34,728 nucleotides of DNA, taken from the IMG/VR virus record IMGVR_UViG_3300011336_000071, positions 1-34,728 of that record, one strand, 5' to 3'. The notes below the pieces were generated by a model. It was not told where the DNA came from and made no database searches. It saw only the letters and a program-made list of their open reading frames with translations. The translations under genes and the position numbers were made by a program. Within the stretch, counting starts at the first letter, position 1, and every line of letters starts with the position of its first letter. This DNA comes from a virus (taxonomy: Duplodnaviria > Caudoviricetes). Positions 1-7,172 of the stretch are shown here, piece by piece.

Positions 1-68
1 GCTCTGACGCGCTGCACCAGCTTGACTTGTTCCTTGTGTTCAATGCTCTGCCTTAGTCTTGCCACCAT
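1..68 (-). CDS. VRR-NUC-like nuclease, N-terminal fragment (runs off the window start)
   Basis: Manual translation MVARLRQSIEHKEQVKLVQRVRA; the EHxEQVxLVQ opening is typical of phage VRR-NUC proteins. Start overlaps the end of the 53..370 ORF. Not in the ORF track. Confidence 0.55.
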   Translation of the reverse strand, partial: MVARLRQSIEHKEQVKLVQRVR

Positions 69-370
69 GCAGGTGATTCTACCGACACTGCTGCTGTTTT
101 TGCGTTGGAATACAAATGGCAATGGTGTGGCAAGTCCAAGGGCATGGCTGGTACGCCAAGGGTTTGGCACTGCCATTCTTGCCAGGACAGCTTGATCCAA
201 GCCCCTGCGACTGTCTGCACATCGCCGGCCATGCCGACCTGCTTGCCTTGGGCCTTGAGTTCTTTGGCCTTTTTGAGGCTGACGAACTCGCTGCCCTCCA
301 CCTTGCTGGCGTGCGAGCAAGTGTTGCAGGTGACTCTTTCATCATCAACAAAGTGCTCAGTGCTGTCCAT
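53..370 (-). CDS. Hypothetical Cys/His-containing (Zn-binding?) protein
   Basis: ORF 53..418, more likely starting at Met 370 (MDSTEHF). Contains CNTCSH and C...HHCH; overlaps the downstream gene. Confidence 0.6.
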   Translation of the reverse strand: MDSTEHFVDDERVTCNTCSHASKVEGSEFVSLKKAKELKAQGKQVGMAGDVQTVAGAWIKLSWQEWQCQTLGVPAMPLDLPHHCHLYSNAKTAAVSVESPAWWQD

Positions 371-383
371 GATGCCACCCAAA

Positions 384-604
384 GTGCAGGCAGTGCAGAG
401 TGCAGGCTTTTTTTTCAAAGACTTTGAAAGACCTGTAAAGTGTGTAGTGCATATACCCCTATTTCCCTTATTTATTAATTAATATTCTTCTCTAAAGTAA
501 CCCTACCCTGCACTGCACTGCACCACTTTCAGAGGAGAAATGCAAAAATCCACACAGTGCAGGGTTGCTTTGAAGTGCAGACCATCCATGCACTTCACAG
601 TGCA
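384..604. repeat. GTGCA/TGCAC pentamer array around an AT-rich core; putative replication origin
   Basis: GTGCA at 384, 393, 400, 447, 557, 575 and 600; TGCAC at 509, 514, 519 and 589. AT-rich stretch ~461-497; inverted repeat TTTCAAAG-A-CTTTGAAA at 413-429. Lies directly after the primase-helicase stop. Confidence 0.55.
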
Positions 605-2751
605 AAGTCGCTGACCGCTGGCGGCACAAGTCGAGTCGTCACCCCGTTGCTTCGCCGATATTTCACCCCCTGCACTGACTTCAAGTGCATACCAATGCGC
701 ACAATGTCACTTTTTGAGGGGAAGGTTACACCCACCATTTCGGCCACCTCGGTCGATGTTTTGTAGCTCCACCTGGCCTTGTCAGCCGACCAGTCGAGCT
801 TGGTCACTACCTTTTCAACGATGGGGTCAACGGCTGTGAACTCTTGGTTGTGGGTGTTTAACTCGCCCATCTGGTCGCGGTCTAAGTACCAAGACTCACC
901 GGCCTCGTAGATGACCTTGACCTCGGCCCAAAACTGCTGCATGTCAATCTGGTGGTCAAAGTCAATGGATTGACACTGCACAGTCCAGTAGCGCCTGTTG
1001 CCGGTCTGGTCGGACAAGAAGCTCTCATCGTTGACGCTGGCAAAGAACACAGTCTGGCGCGGCTTGCTGGTGTTCTTTCGGGCGTAGGGCAGCCTGTATA
1101 TATCCCTGTCGCTAGTTAGAAATGATTTAAGTGCGGCAATATCTGATTTTCGGAATGTCGCATCCAACTCGCCTAATTCAACCATCCAATGGGATGTGGC
1201 CTGCCTGACTGAATCGGGATTATCTGGGCGCAGAGTTAATCCGTCTTTAAGTAAATGCCCGTGGGCTAGGTTTTTAAACCATGTTGTTTTACCGATACCT
1301 TGGTCGCCAAGTAGAGTTAATACGCCATGCGCTGATACGCCGTCTGGCCGGTAAAGGGCGGCCATAGCGCCGATGGCCCACTTGCGCATCATCATCTCTT
1401 TAATCTGGGTGTCGGGTGATGTGATGGTGTCCATCCACTGGTTTATTCTTTTTACGCCATCCCAAGGCTTTGACTCAATCCAATCTACGGCTGGGTGAAA
1501 GGGGTTTTGCAGGCACTGCTGGGTCATGTACTCGGCCACCAGCGAGTGCGGCAGGCCGGACAGGATAGCCTGGCTGACCATGTGGGTGACGGCGGCGTTG
1601 GCCTCGTAGCCGTTGATGACCTTCAAACCTGGCACATGCACCACCTCCTCGCCTGACATGGTGTTGAACGAATACTGCACCTTGAGAAAATCAGACAGTG
1701 CGGCAAAGTTCTCTAAGGTGTTTAAGGGCTTGGGATGCTTGCCGGCGGTCATGTGCGGCCAAACTAGGCCAGCAGGCTCGGCATCGGACAGATCAGACAC
1801 ATCAGCCTTGACCACAGTCTTTGCTACTGACAGGGGCGACCAGCCAAGACTCTTTGCCATCCAAAGCAAAGAGCCAGCGCCCAGCTGGGTGGGCTTGGCC
1901 TTGCGCCACTCACGCTCAGCAAAGTCTGGGTGGTGCTTGGCCGACTTGGCCGACCAAGCCATGAAGACATCGTAGCCGCCATCGCGCAGTGCGCCTTTGG
2001 TGGCGTACAAAACCTTGAGCCAATCCTCAAAGGCAAGATCGGGGTTGGGCATCTGGGCTAAGGCGGCAATGGCTGCGATGGGGTCGTTCGCCTCTTGACG
2101 CTGACCAGGCACGCGCTCAGACAGGACGCCGGAACTCATGGGTTTGCGGCCAATGAGCGTGCCGTGCAGTGACAGCAGGGCTTCGCACCTTAGAATAATT
2201 TCACGGGCTTGGGACTCGTCAAGGTTTATCAGCTTGTCCCTGCCGACAAGTAAAGGCTCACCCGAGCCGTTCCATGTGTACGGCTGGCCGGTGGTCGGGT
2301 GGATGGCGTAGGCCACAAACTGCTGACCGCTTGCCAGTATCTCTACTTTAGAGCCTTTGATCTCGCCATTGGCGTCTGGCTTGTCGGTTTTGAGAGCGTA
2401 GGTGGCGGTGCTGACTTTGGGAAACTCTTCCTCAGTCCTGAACAGTAGCAACTCACGGGGTGCGTTGCCAATGCGCCTTGGTGGCGGCTTTTCGTAGCAG
2501 CCGGTGACATCGTAGGCAATGTCGCGCATGGCGGCCACCAGCCCCGCGTGACTGACATCGATGTCTACGCACGGCGTGTGCCGAGTCAAGATGCCGGTGT
2601 AGTTCTCGCTGTACTGGCTGGTGTGTGCCTGCCACCCGCCTTGCTGCCACTTGGCAGGGGCTGGGCGCTTCTCACCCCTGATGATGGGGACTGGCTCGTA
2701 GCCCTTGTCAGCCAGTAGCTGGGCAATGTTGCCAAAGGTTTGGTCAGTCAT
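595..2751 (-). CDS. Primase-helicase (Prim-Pol N-terminal, PriCT-2, VapE/VirE-like ATPase)
   Basis: N-terminal GYEPVPI..EKRP, VDIDV and QFVAYAIHP; PriCT-like WLKVLYA..FMAWSAKSAK; Walker A GDQGIGKT; ELGELD, YRLPYAR and DQTGNRRYW. ATG at 2751 overlaps the upstream stop. Confidence 0.9.
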   Translation of the reverse strand: MTDQTFGNIAQLLADKGYEPVPIIRGEKRPAPAKWQQGGWQAHTSQYSENYTGILTRHTPCVDIDVSHAGLVAAMRDIAYDVTGCYEKPPPRRIGNAPRELLLFRTEEEFPKVSTATYALKTDKPDANGEIKGSKVEILASGQQFVAYAIHPTTGQPYTWNGSGEPLLVGRDKLINLDESQAREIILRCEALLSLHGTLIGRKPMSSGVLSERVPGQRQEANDPIAAIAALAQMPNPDLAFEDWLKVLYATKGALRDGGYDVFMAWSAKSAKHHPDFAEREWRKAKPTQLGAGSLLWMAKSLGWSPLSVAKTVVKADVSDLSDAEPAGLVWPHMTAGKHPKPLNTLENFAALSDFLKVQYSFNTMSGEEVVHVPGLKVINGYEANAAVTHMVSQAILSGLPHSLVAEYMTQQCLQNPFHPAVDWIESKPWDGVKRINQWMDTITSPDTQIKEMMMRKWAIGAMAALYRPDGVSAHGVLTLLGDQGIGKTTWFKNLAHGHLLKDGLTLRPDNPDSVRQATSHWMVELGELDATFRKSDIAALKSFLTSDRDIYRLPYARKNTSKPRQTVFFASVNDESFLSDQTGNRRYWTVQCQSIDFDHQIDMQQFWAEVKVIYEAGESWYLDRDQMGELNTHNQEFTAVDPIVEKVVTKLDWSADKARWSYKTSTEVAEMVGVTFPSKSDIVRIGMHLKSVQGVKYRRSNGVTTRLVPPAVSDFAL

Positions 2752-2971
2752 GCGGCCCACCAAGTTTTTCTGAAACATCTTTAAAGCACAGGTTCAGAGT
2801 TTTGGCCGTGGACTCATACAAATCGACATAAAACGCATGCCCATTGGAGCAAGTCCAGTAGTTGCCAAAATCAGAGTCGTTATTTGCCATGCGACAAGAG
2901 CCGCACCTTGGGCAATTGAAAGAAAACACATCGTTAACTTTTGGGCTGATGTGATGAATGGTTTTAATCAT
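2744..2971 (-). CDS. Small Zn-ribbon protein
   Basis: CPRC...CSNGH motif; relatively AT-rich; stop overlaps the primase start (ATGACTGA). Confidence 0.6.
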   Translation of the reverse strand: MIKTIHHISPKVNDVFSFNCPRCGSCRMANNDSDFGNYWTCSNGHAFYVDLYESTAKTLNLCFKDVSEKLGGPHD

Positions 2972-2981
2972 TTGTGGATCC

Positions 2982-3063
2982 AAAAAAAAACCCAGGTCAA
3001 CCTTTCTCTGGCGGTAGCCAGTTGGCAGACACGATGTAACTCGTGCAGAAAGGTTGGCCTGGG
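2982..3063 (-). ncRNA. c4/CI-like antisense RNA (multi-stem structure ending in U9)
   Basis: 17-bp outer stem (2991-3007 with 3047-3063, one G-U). Inner hairpin GCACGA-GUUACA-UCGUGU, unpaired CUGCCAA, hairpin CUGGC-UACC-GCCAG, then U9. Both exposed segments have exact 7-nt complements upstream (3067-3073, 3082-3088). Confidence 0.7.
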
Positions 3064-3099
3064 CCTGTTACATATAAATCGCTGCCAAGCGATGCGCAG

Positions 3100-3121
3100 A
3101 CTGTAGCACATTGGGTAAAAT
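3100..3121. promoter_or_regulatory. Closely spaced divergent promoters
   Basis: Minus strand: extended -10 TGcTACAGT at 3108-3100. Plus strand: TAAAAT at 3116-3121. No good -35 hexamers. Confidence 0.45.
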
Positions 3122-3126
3122 ACTCA

Positions 3127-3216
3127 TGTCGTTGATCTCGCGGTTGATGACAAGTTGTTCTCCTTCTAGCATCGACTAGTTACCCCTGACAGTTCACGCT
3201 GTCAGGGGTTTTTCTT
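3127..3216 (+). ncRNA. Putative ~90-nt sRNA with an anti-Shine-Dalgarno seed
   Basis: -10 box upstream; 5' hairpin GUCGUUGAUC/GGUUGAUGAC; single-stranded GUUGUUCUCCUUC (3154-3166); strong plus-strand terminator; no plus-strand ORF. Confidence 0.5.
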
Positions 3217-3986
3217 TGGGAGGTTGATTCTAGTCCTTGGGGTAAAAGACACTCCACCTCTTGGATTCTTTTGCCGATCCATGCCATCACAGGCACGGCC
3301 ATGCTGTTGCCCAGAGCCTCGTAGCGTGGCCCGTCTGGCGTTGGCTTGCCCTTGAGCTTAATGTCGGTGTAGTTGTCAGGAAAGCCCTGCAAACGCTCGC
3401 ACTCCTTTGGAGAGAGCCTGCGCACTTGCATGGCGGTGCGCAAATCAAGTCCACCAGCATTTTGACTAATGCGATAGCCCTCAGTTGTCATTGCAGGCGC
3501 AACATCAACCTCGCGAATGGCGTGAAAGTTTTCTTCAAACGCCACCGCCATAGGATTCTTGGCTTGCAGCGTCTGGGTCATGTCCACATCAGTCTGTGGG
3601 TTTGACATCTGGCCGCTGAAAGCAATCGGCTGCGCCACCGCATGGCTATGTCCCTTGGTCAGGGTGAAACTAGGGTCACCGGGTTGGCCAAAACCTAACC
3701 CTCCGCTTGAATGTCCCGGTGTCATATTCATGGTGTCAATGGGGATTGCTTGCGCCACCCCATGCACACACGTGGCGTTCAGCGTGTACATCGGACCGCC
3801 TTCAGTAAACCCATCGCCATTGCCGCCGTTCTCAGGTTTGCGGCCTATGGTGTTTTCTGCGAGAGCAATGGGTTCGCAGCTAAAGTGACCCCCTGTTGTA
3901 GGAATCAATGTCTCTGTTTCTGCGTCCATGCGCGTCTTGGTTATCAGGCATTTGCTTACCAAGGGTAAACAACCCCCCCCCCCCAC
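3180..3986 (-). CDS. C5 DNA methyltransferase, C-terminal part (variable/TRD region, motifs IX and X); out of frame after the G12 tract
   Basis: VRRLSPKECERLQGFPDNYT (motif IX) and RYEALGNSMAVPVM (motif X); the ORF begins at the poly-G tract. Confidence 0.85.
   Translation of the reverse strand: MGGGGCLPLVSKCLITKTRMDAETETLIPTTGGHFSCEPIALAENTIGRKPENGGNGDGFTEGGPMYTLNATCVHGVAQAIPIDTMNMTPGHSSGGLGFGQPGDPSFTLTKGHSHAVAQPIAFSGQMSNPQTDVDMTQTLQAKNPMAVAFEENFHAIREVDVAPAMTTEGYRISQNAGGLDLRTAMQVRRLSPKECERLQGFPDNYTDIKLKGKPTPDGPRYEALGNSMAVPVMAWIGKRIQEVECLLPQGLESTSQRKTPDSVNCQG
3182..3217 (+). terminator. Rho-independent terminator
   Basis: ACCCCTGACAG-ttcacg-CTGTCAGGGGT followed by a T-rich run (TTTTCTTT). 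The U-tail is on the plus strand only. Confidence 0.8.
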
Positions 3987-4744
3987 CCGTTGATATGCTG
4001 ATTTTCCAAACCTTGCTTATCGCCAAAATGTGCGTCAATCGTTGGGGCTACTTCTGCTGGCCAAGTCGCCATCAAGTGACCTTGTGCGGCGTCTTGAACG
4101 CTGATGCTTTGTCCTGTTCGGGCGCAAAGGCTACCGACTGAAGGGCTTGCTCTAGTGCTGGCGGCAGCACCTTGCCCCTTTTCTCTGCTCGGCGCAGGAT
4201 ACCCGCACAGGCTGTGGCGCTCAAAAAGAACCGCTGCGGCAGGTCGCCAGTTTCCAAGGTATCCGACAACGAACACACGGCGGCGGCGTTGGGCCACTCC
4301 GAAGTACTGAGCGTCAAGAATTCTGTATGCGAACCCATACCCGAGTTCGCCCATCCCTCGAAGGAGGGAGGCAAAGTCGAGTCCTCCGTTAGAGGATAGG
4401 ACGCCGGGGACATTCTCCCAAACCAGCCACTGGGGCCGATACTTTGCAGCAATGGCAAGGTAGGTAAGCATGAGGTTGCCACGAGGGTCATCCAATCCTT
4501 TTCTGAGTCCGGCGACTGAGAATGATTGGCAGGGAGTTCCTCCAACGAGAACATCGACATCTGAGACATTTGTCCACTCCTTAAATTTGGTCATGTCGCC
4601 CACATTGGGCGTGTTTGGGTAATGGTGTGCAAGCACCTGTGATGGGAACTTTTCGATCTCAGAGTAAGCCGCAGCCTCCCATCCAAGGGGATGCCAAGCG
4701 ACTGTTGCGGCCTCAATGCCAGAGCAAACGGATAAGTACCTCAC
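3956..4744 (-). CDS. C5 cytosine DNA methyltransferase, N-terminal part (motifs I-VIII)
   Basis: LSVCSGIEA (motif I), GGTPCQSFS (IV), ENVPG (VI), QRRRRVF (VIII). Confidence 0.93.
   Translation of the reverse strand: MRYLSVCSGIEAATVAWHPLGWEAAAYSEIEKFPSQVLAHHYPNTPNVGDMTKFKEWTNVSDVDVLVGGTPCQSFSVAGLRKGLDDPRGNLMLTYLAIAAKYRPQWLVWENVPGVLSSNGGLDFASLLRGMGELGYGFAYRILDAQYFGVAQRRRRVFVVGYLGNWRPAAAVLFERHSLCGYPAPSREKGQGAAASTRASPSVGSLCARTGQSISVQDAAQGHLMATWPAEVAPTIDAHFGDKQGLENQHINGWGGGVVYPW
3973..3984 (-). repeat. G12 homopolymer at the MTase frameshift
   Basis: 12 C on the plus strand; G13 or G10 would fuse the two MTase ORFs. Confidence 0.9.
4072..4569 (-). CDS. Nested alternative-frame polypeptide, EcoHK31I beta-subunit-like
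   Basis: 165-aa same-strand ORF entirely inside the MTase. WANSGM...EWPNAAAVCSLSDTLE...FLSATACAGILRRAEKRGKVLP resembles my recollection of the M.EcoHK31I beta polypeptide. Confidence 0.7.
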   Translation of the reverse strand: MSQMSMFSLEELPANHSQSPDSEKDWMTLVATSCLPTLPLLQSIGPSGWFGRMSPASYPLTEDSTLPPSFEGWANSGMGSHTEFLTLSTSEWPNAAAVCSLSDTLETGDLPQRFFLSATACAGILRRAEKRGKVLPPALEQALQSVAFAPEQDKASAFKTPHKVT

Positions 4745-5790
4745 TGCTGCTTCTCCTTAACAAGACTAGCAGCAGCATGCTTCTCACCGATCAGGTCTTC
4801 GCTAATCTGGATGTCCAACTTGGCAATGGCTGACGGGGACTTCAAGTCGAATGCCTGCGGGTAGGACTTCAAAGCCTCGTAGGCCAAGGCGTCAGACTTC
4901 CAGAACTTGGTCTTGCGACCTGGTCGCAATGTCCAGCCTTGGATGGTTGACCCCTCGGTGATCTGACGCTTGGCTGACTCCAGCACTGCCTCCGACCACA
5001 TGGCTGCAAGCTGCGCCAGTTCAATGTCTTCTGGGGTGACTGGCGGCACTGCAATCGTGTCATCCTTGTCGGCCTTTTTTACAAGGTCTGCAAACTCTTT
5101 GCGTGCGTTGTCCTGCACCTTGGCACGCATAGACGGGCAAATGGGCTTGGCCTTGCAGTAGCGGCAAGCGCTGGTGGACGGGTTGGTCGGTGCGTCATCG
5201 GTCAAAGCTAGGTTGGCAGCGGCCAGCAGGTCGTGGCCGTGCTTGATGAGGTCAGTGCCTGAGACTGTCCATTGGCTGTGGCCGGCGCGGGGCTGGAAGA
5301 TGTGCATGGTGCATTGAATGGATTCAGGCGCATTCAACATGCGCATGACGCCCAGAGCGTAGGTCAGCATCTGCTTGTTGTCCTCTGCCTCGACCAAGAC
5401 GCGCCCTGTCTTGAGGTCTACGATGTGAAGGTGGTCGCCATCGACCAGCACGGCATCAGCAGTGCCGCCGAGGGACTGGTGCAGCGTCTTGAGGCCGGCA
5501 TCCACATTCACCTCGATCATGCGCTTGCGGGGTTTTTCCACCAGCGTGTTGATGAAGGTGGCGTATTCGTTGGCCATGTCAATGTGGTCATCGGGATAGT
5601 CTTCTGCGTTGACCGCCTCGCCCCTCAGAATACGCTCGGATAGCTCATGGATAGCCTTGCCAATTGCGGCAGCCTCACCGGCTGGCTCAAAAGGCATCTT
5701 CTCTTCAAGCCGGTAAGAGCCTGGACAACTCATCACCCGATCCATACGGGATGCCGAGAGTCGGGCGTGTTTTCTGGTTTCATGTTGCAT
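4741..5790 (-). CDS. DUF2800 PD-(D/E)XK (Cas4-like) nuclease
   Basis: HARLSAS...CPGS, GTADAV, IVDLKTG, QMLTYALG and CRYCKAKPIC; strong RBS AAGGAG. Confidence 0.85.
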   Translation of the reverse strand: MQHETRKHARLSASRMDRVMSCPGSYRLEEKMPFEPAGEAAAIGKAIHELSERILRGEAVNAEDYPDDHIDMANEYATFINTLVEKPRKRMIEVNVDAGLKTLHQSLGGTADAVLVDGDHLHIVDLKTGRVLVEAEDNKQMLTYALGVMRMLNAPESIQCTMHIFQPRAGHSQWTVSGTDLIKHGHDLLAAANLALTDDAPTNPSTSACRYCKAKPICPSMRAKVQDNARKEFADLVKKADKDDTIAVPPVTPEDIELAQLAAMWSEAVLESAKRQITEGSTIQGWTLRPGRKTKFWKSDALAYEALKSYPQAFDLKSPSAIAKLDIQISEDLIGEKHAAASLVKEKQQ

Positions 5791-5800
5791 GTTTTCTCCT

Positions 5801-7024
5801 TTAAATAATCTGATTCACGATGTTCTGCTTTTCCAAGACGCGCTTTAGCACATTGTGGTCGAGTGATGCCCTGATGGTCAGCAGGTAAATCACCGGCTTG
5901 ATGCCTAATTTGTTGATGTTCTCCACCCTGCTGGATGCCTGCTCCAGCGCAGAAGTTGACCAGGTGCATTCAACAAAGACAATCGTGTCGGCGGCACTCA
6001 GGTCTACGCCTTCACTCATTGCCGCAATGTTGCCCACGATCACCTTGGTATGGCCAGACTGAAATGCGGCAATGTACTCAGTGCGCTTGGTGGCCGGAGT
6101 GTCGCCCACCACCACCACCGGCTTGTGGTCTTTGAGTTCTTCCACCAGCCCGTGCACCACATCCTTGTGGTGCGCGAACACCACCACCGGCTCACCGGAT
6201 TGGAGCAAATCGCTGATGAATTCGGATGCCGCCTTGATCTTGCGCATGCCACTCTCTTTCATAATCTCGGCCAAGCCCTCAAAGGCCATCAGGGCGTTTG
6301 GATTGGCCACCAAGGCATCGGCATCAAACTGCTGCTCACGCTTGTCGATGGGCAGGTCAAAGGTCACCAGTGATACCTGTGGCTCTTTGTAGTCCATGAA
6401 GATGTCTTCCTTCTTCCTGCGCAGGACAAAGGGCCGCATCAGTGCTTTGAGTTCGGGGATGTTGGATGCACCGCTGACATCCATGCCCCACGGCGCCGAC
6501 CACATCTTGGCGTAGCGTGCGGCAAAGTCAAACCAGCCGCCTCGGTAGATGCCCAGCCCGTGGAGGATCGGCCAGAGTTCAATGGGCCGGTTGGGGATGG
6601 GCGTGCCGGACAAGGCATAGACCCGATCAATCTTCTTCATCATCAGCATGGCGGCCTTGGTGCGGATGGCCTTGTTGTTTTTGAGCCTGTGGCACTCGTC
6701 AAACACGACTGTTTTAATTCCTGTAAAAGCCGTGACACTGGAAAGAATGTCGTAGTTCACGATGGTCACGCCAGAGCAAATAATCTCTGCCGCCTGCTTC
6801 TTTCCGGTGATAACTTTGACGGGAATGGACGGGTCGAGCTTGTTGAATGCCGCCTCCCAGACTGTCTTGGCGATAGCTGGGCAGACAATGATGGCCGGCA
6901 GGTGCTCAAGCGCCGCCGCTGCCGCCGGCAGGGTCTTGCCTACCCTCGGCTGGTCGGCAAGGATGCAGCGCCTCTTGTCCAGCAGAAAGTCTCTGGCCTC
7001 TTCTTGATGGGGGAACAGTTTCAT
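5801..7024 (-). CDS. SNF2-family helicase
   Basis: LADQPRVGKT, FDECH, ALSGTP, EGVDL and QASSRV; RBS GAGG before ATG 7027/7024. Confidence 0.9.
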   Translation of the reverse strand: MKLFPHQEEARDFLLDKRRCILADQPRVGKTLPAAAAALEHLPAIIVCPAIAKTVWEAAFNKLDPSIPVKVITGKKQAAEIICSGVTIVNYDILSSVTAFTGIKTVVFDECHRLKNNKAIRTKAAMLMMKKIDRVYALSGTPIPNRPIELWPILHGLGIYRGGWFDFAARYAKMWSAPWGMDVSGASNIPELKALMRPFVLRRKKEDIFMDYKEPQVSLVTFDLPIDKREQQFDADALVANPNALMAFEGLAEIMKESGMRKIKAASEFISDLLQSGEPVVVFAHHKDVVHGLVEELKDHKPVVVVGDTPATKRTEYIAAFQSGHTKVIVGNIAAMSEGVDLSAADTIVFVECTWSTSALEQASSRVENINKLGIKPVIYLLTIRASLDHNVLKRVLEKQNIVNQII

Positions 7025-7172
7025 CATTTTCCTCGTTTTCAGCGGTTTATGGAATCTTGATTGTGTCCGATAAAAAAACAACATGCAACATTTATTTGTG
7101 CTAAAGTGCAATTGTCTGACCGCTTTGGTCAGGCTGAAAACCTGAAACCGATCAACCTGAAGGAACGATCAA

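Noticed and set aside
2729-2868. TTGGCA copies (minus strand) as downstream c4 target boxes
   Set aside because: Only 6-nt matches, with no second (TGTAAC) box nearby; could be chance.
2991-3063. tRNA gene
   Set aside because: Multi-stem, but lacks a T-loop GTTC, D-loop and 7-bp acceptor geometry; fits a c4-like RNA better.
4741-5790. Cas4-like nuclease as a sign of a CRISPR system
   Set aside because: No repeat-spacer array or other cas genes; DUF2800 is a standard phage replication/recombination gene.
5801-7111. Upstream starts given by the ORF track (7111, 2778, 14300, 22058, 28101, 29255, 33072)
   Set aside because: Internal starts have better RBSs or stop/start overlaps; the extensions run through promoters or neighbouring genes.
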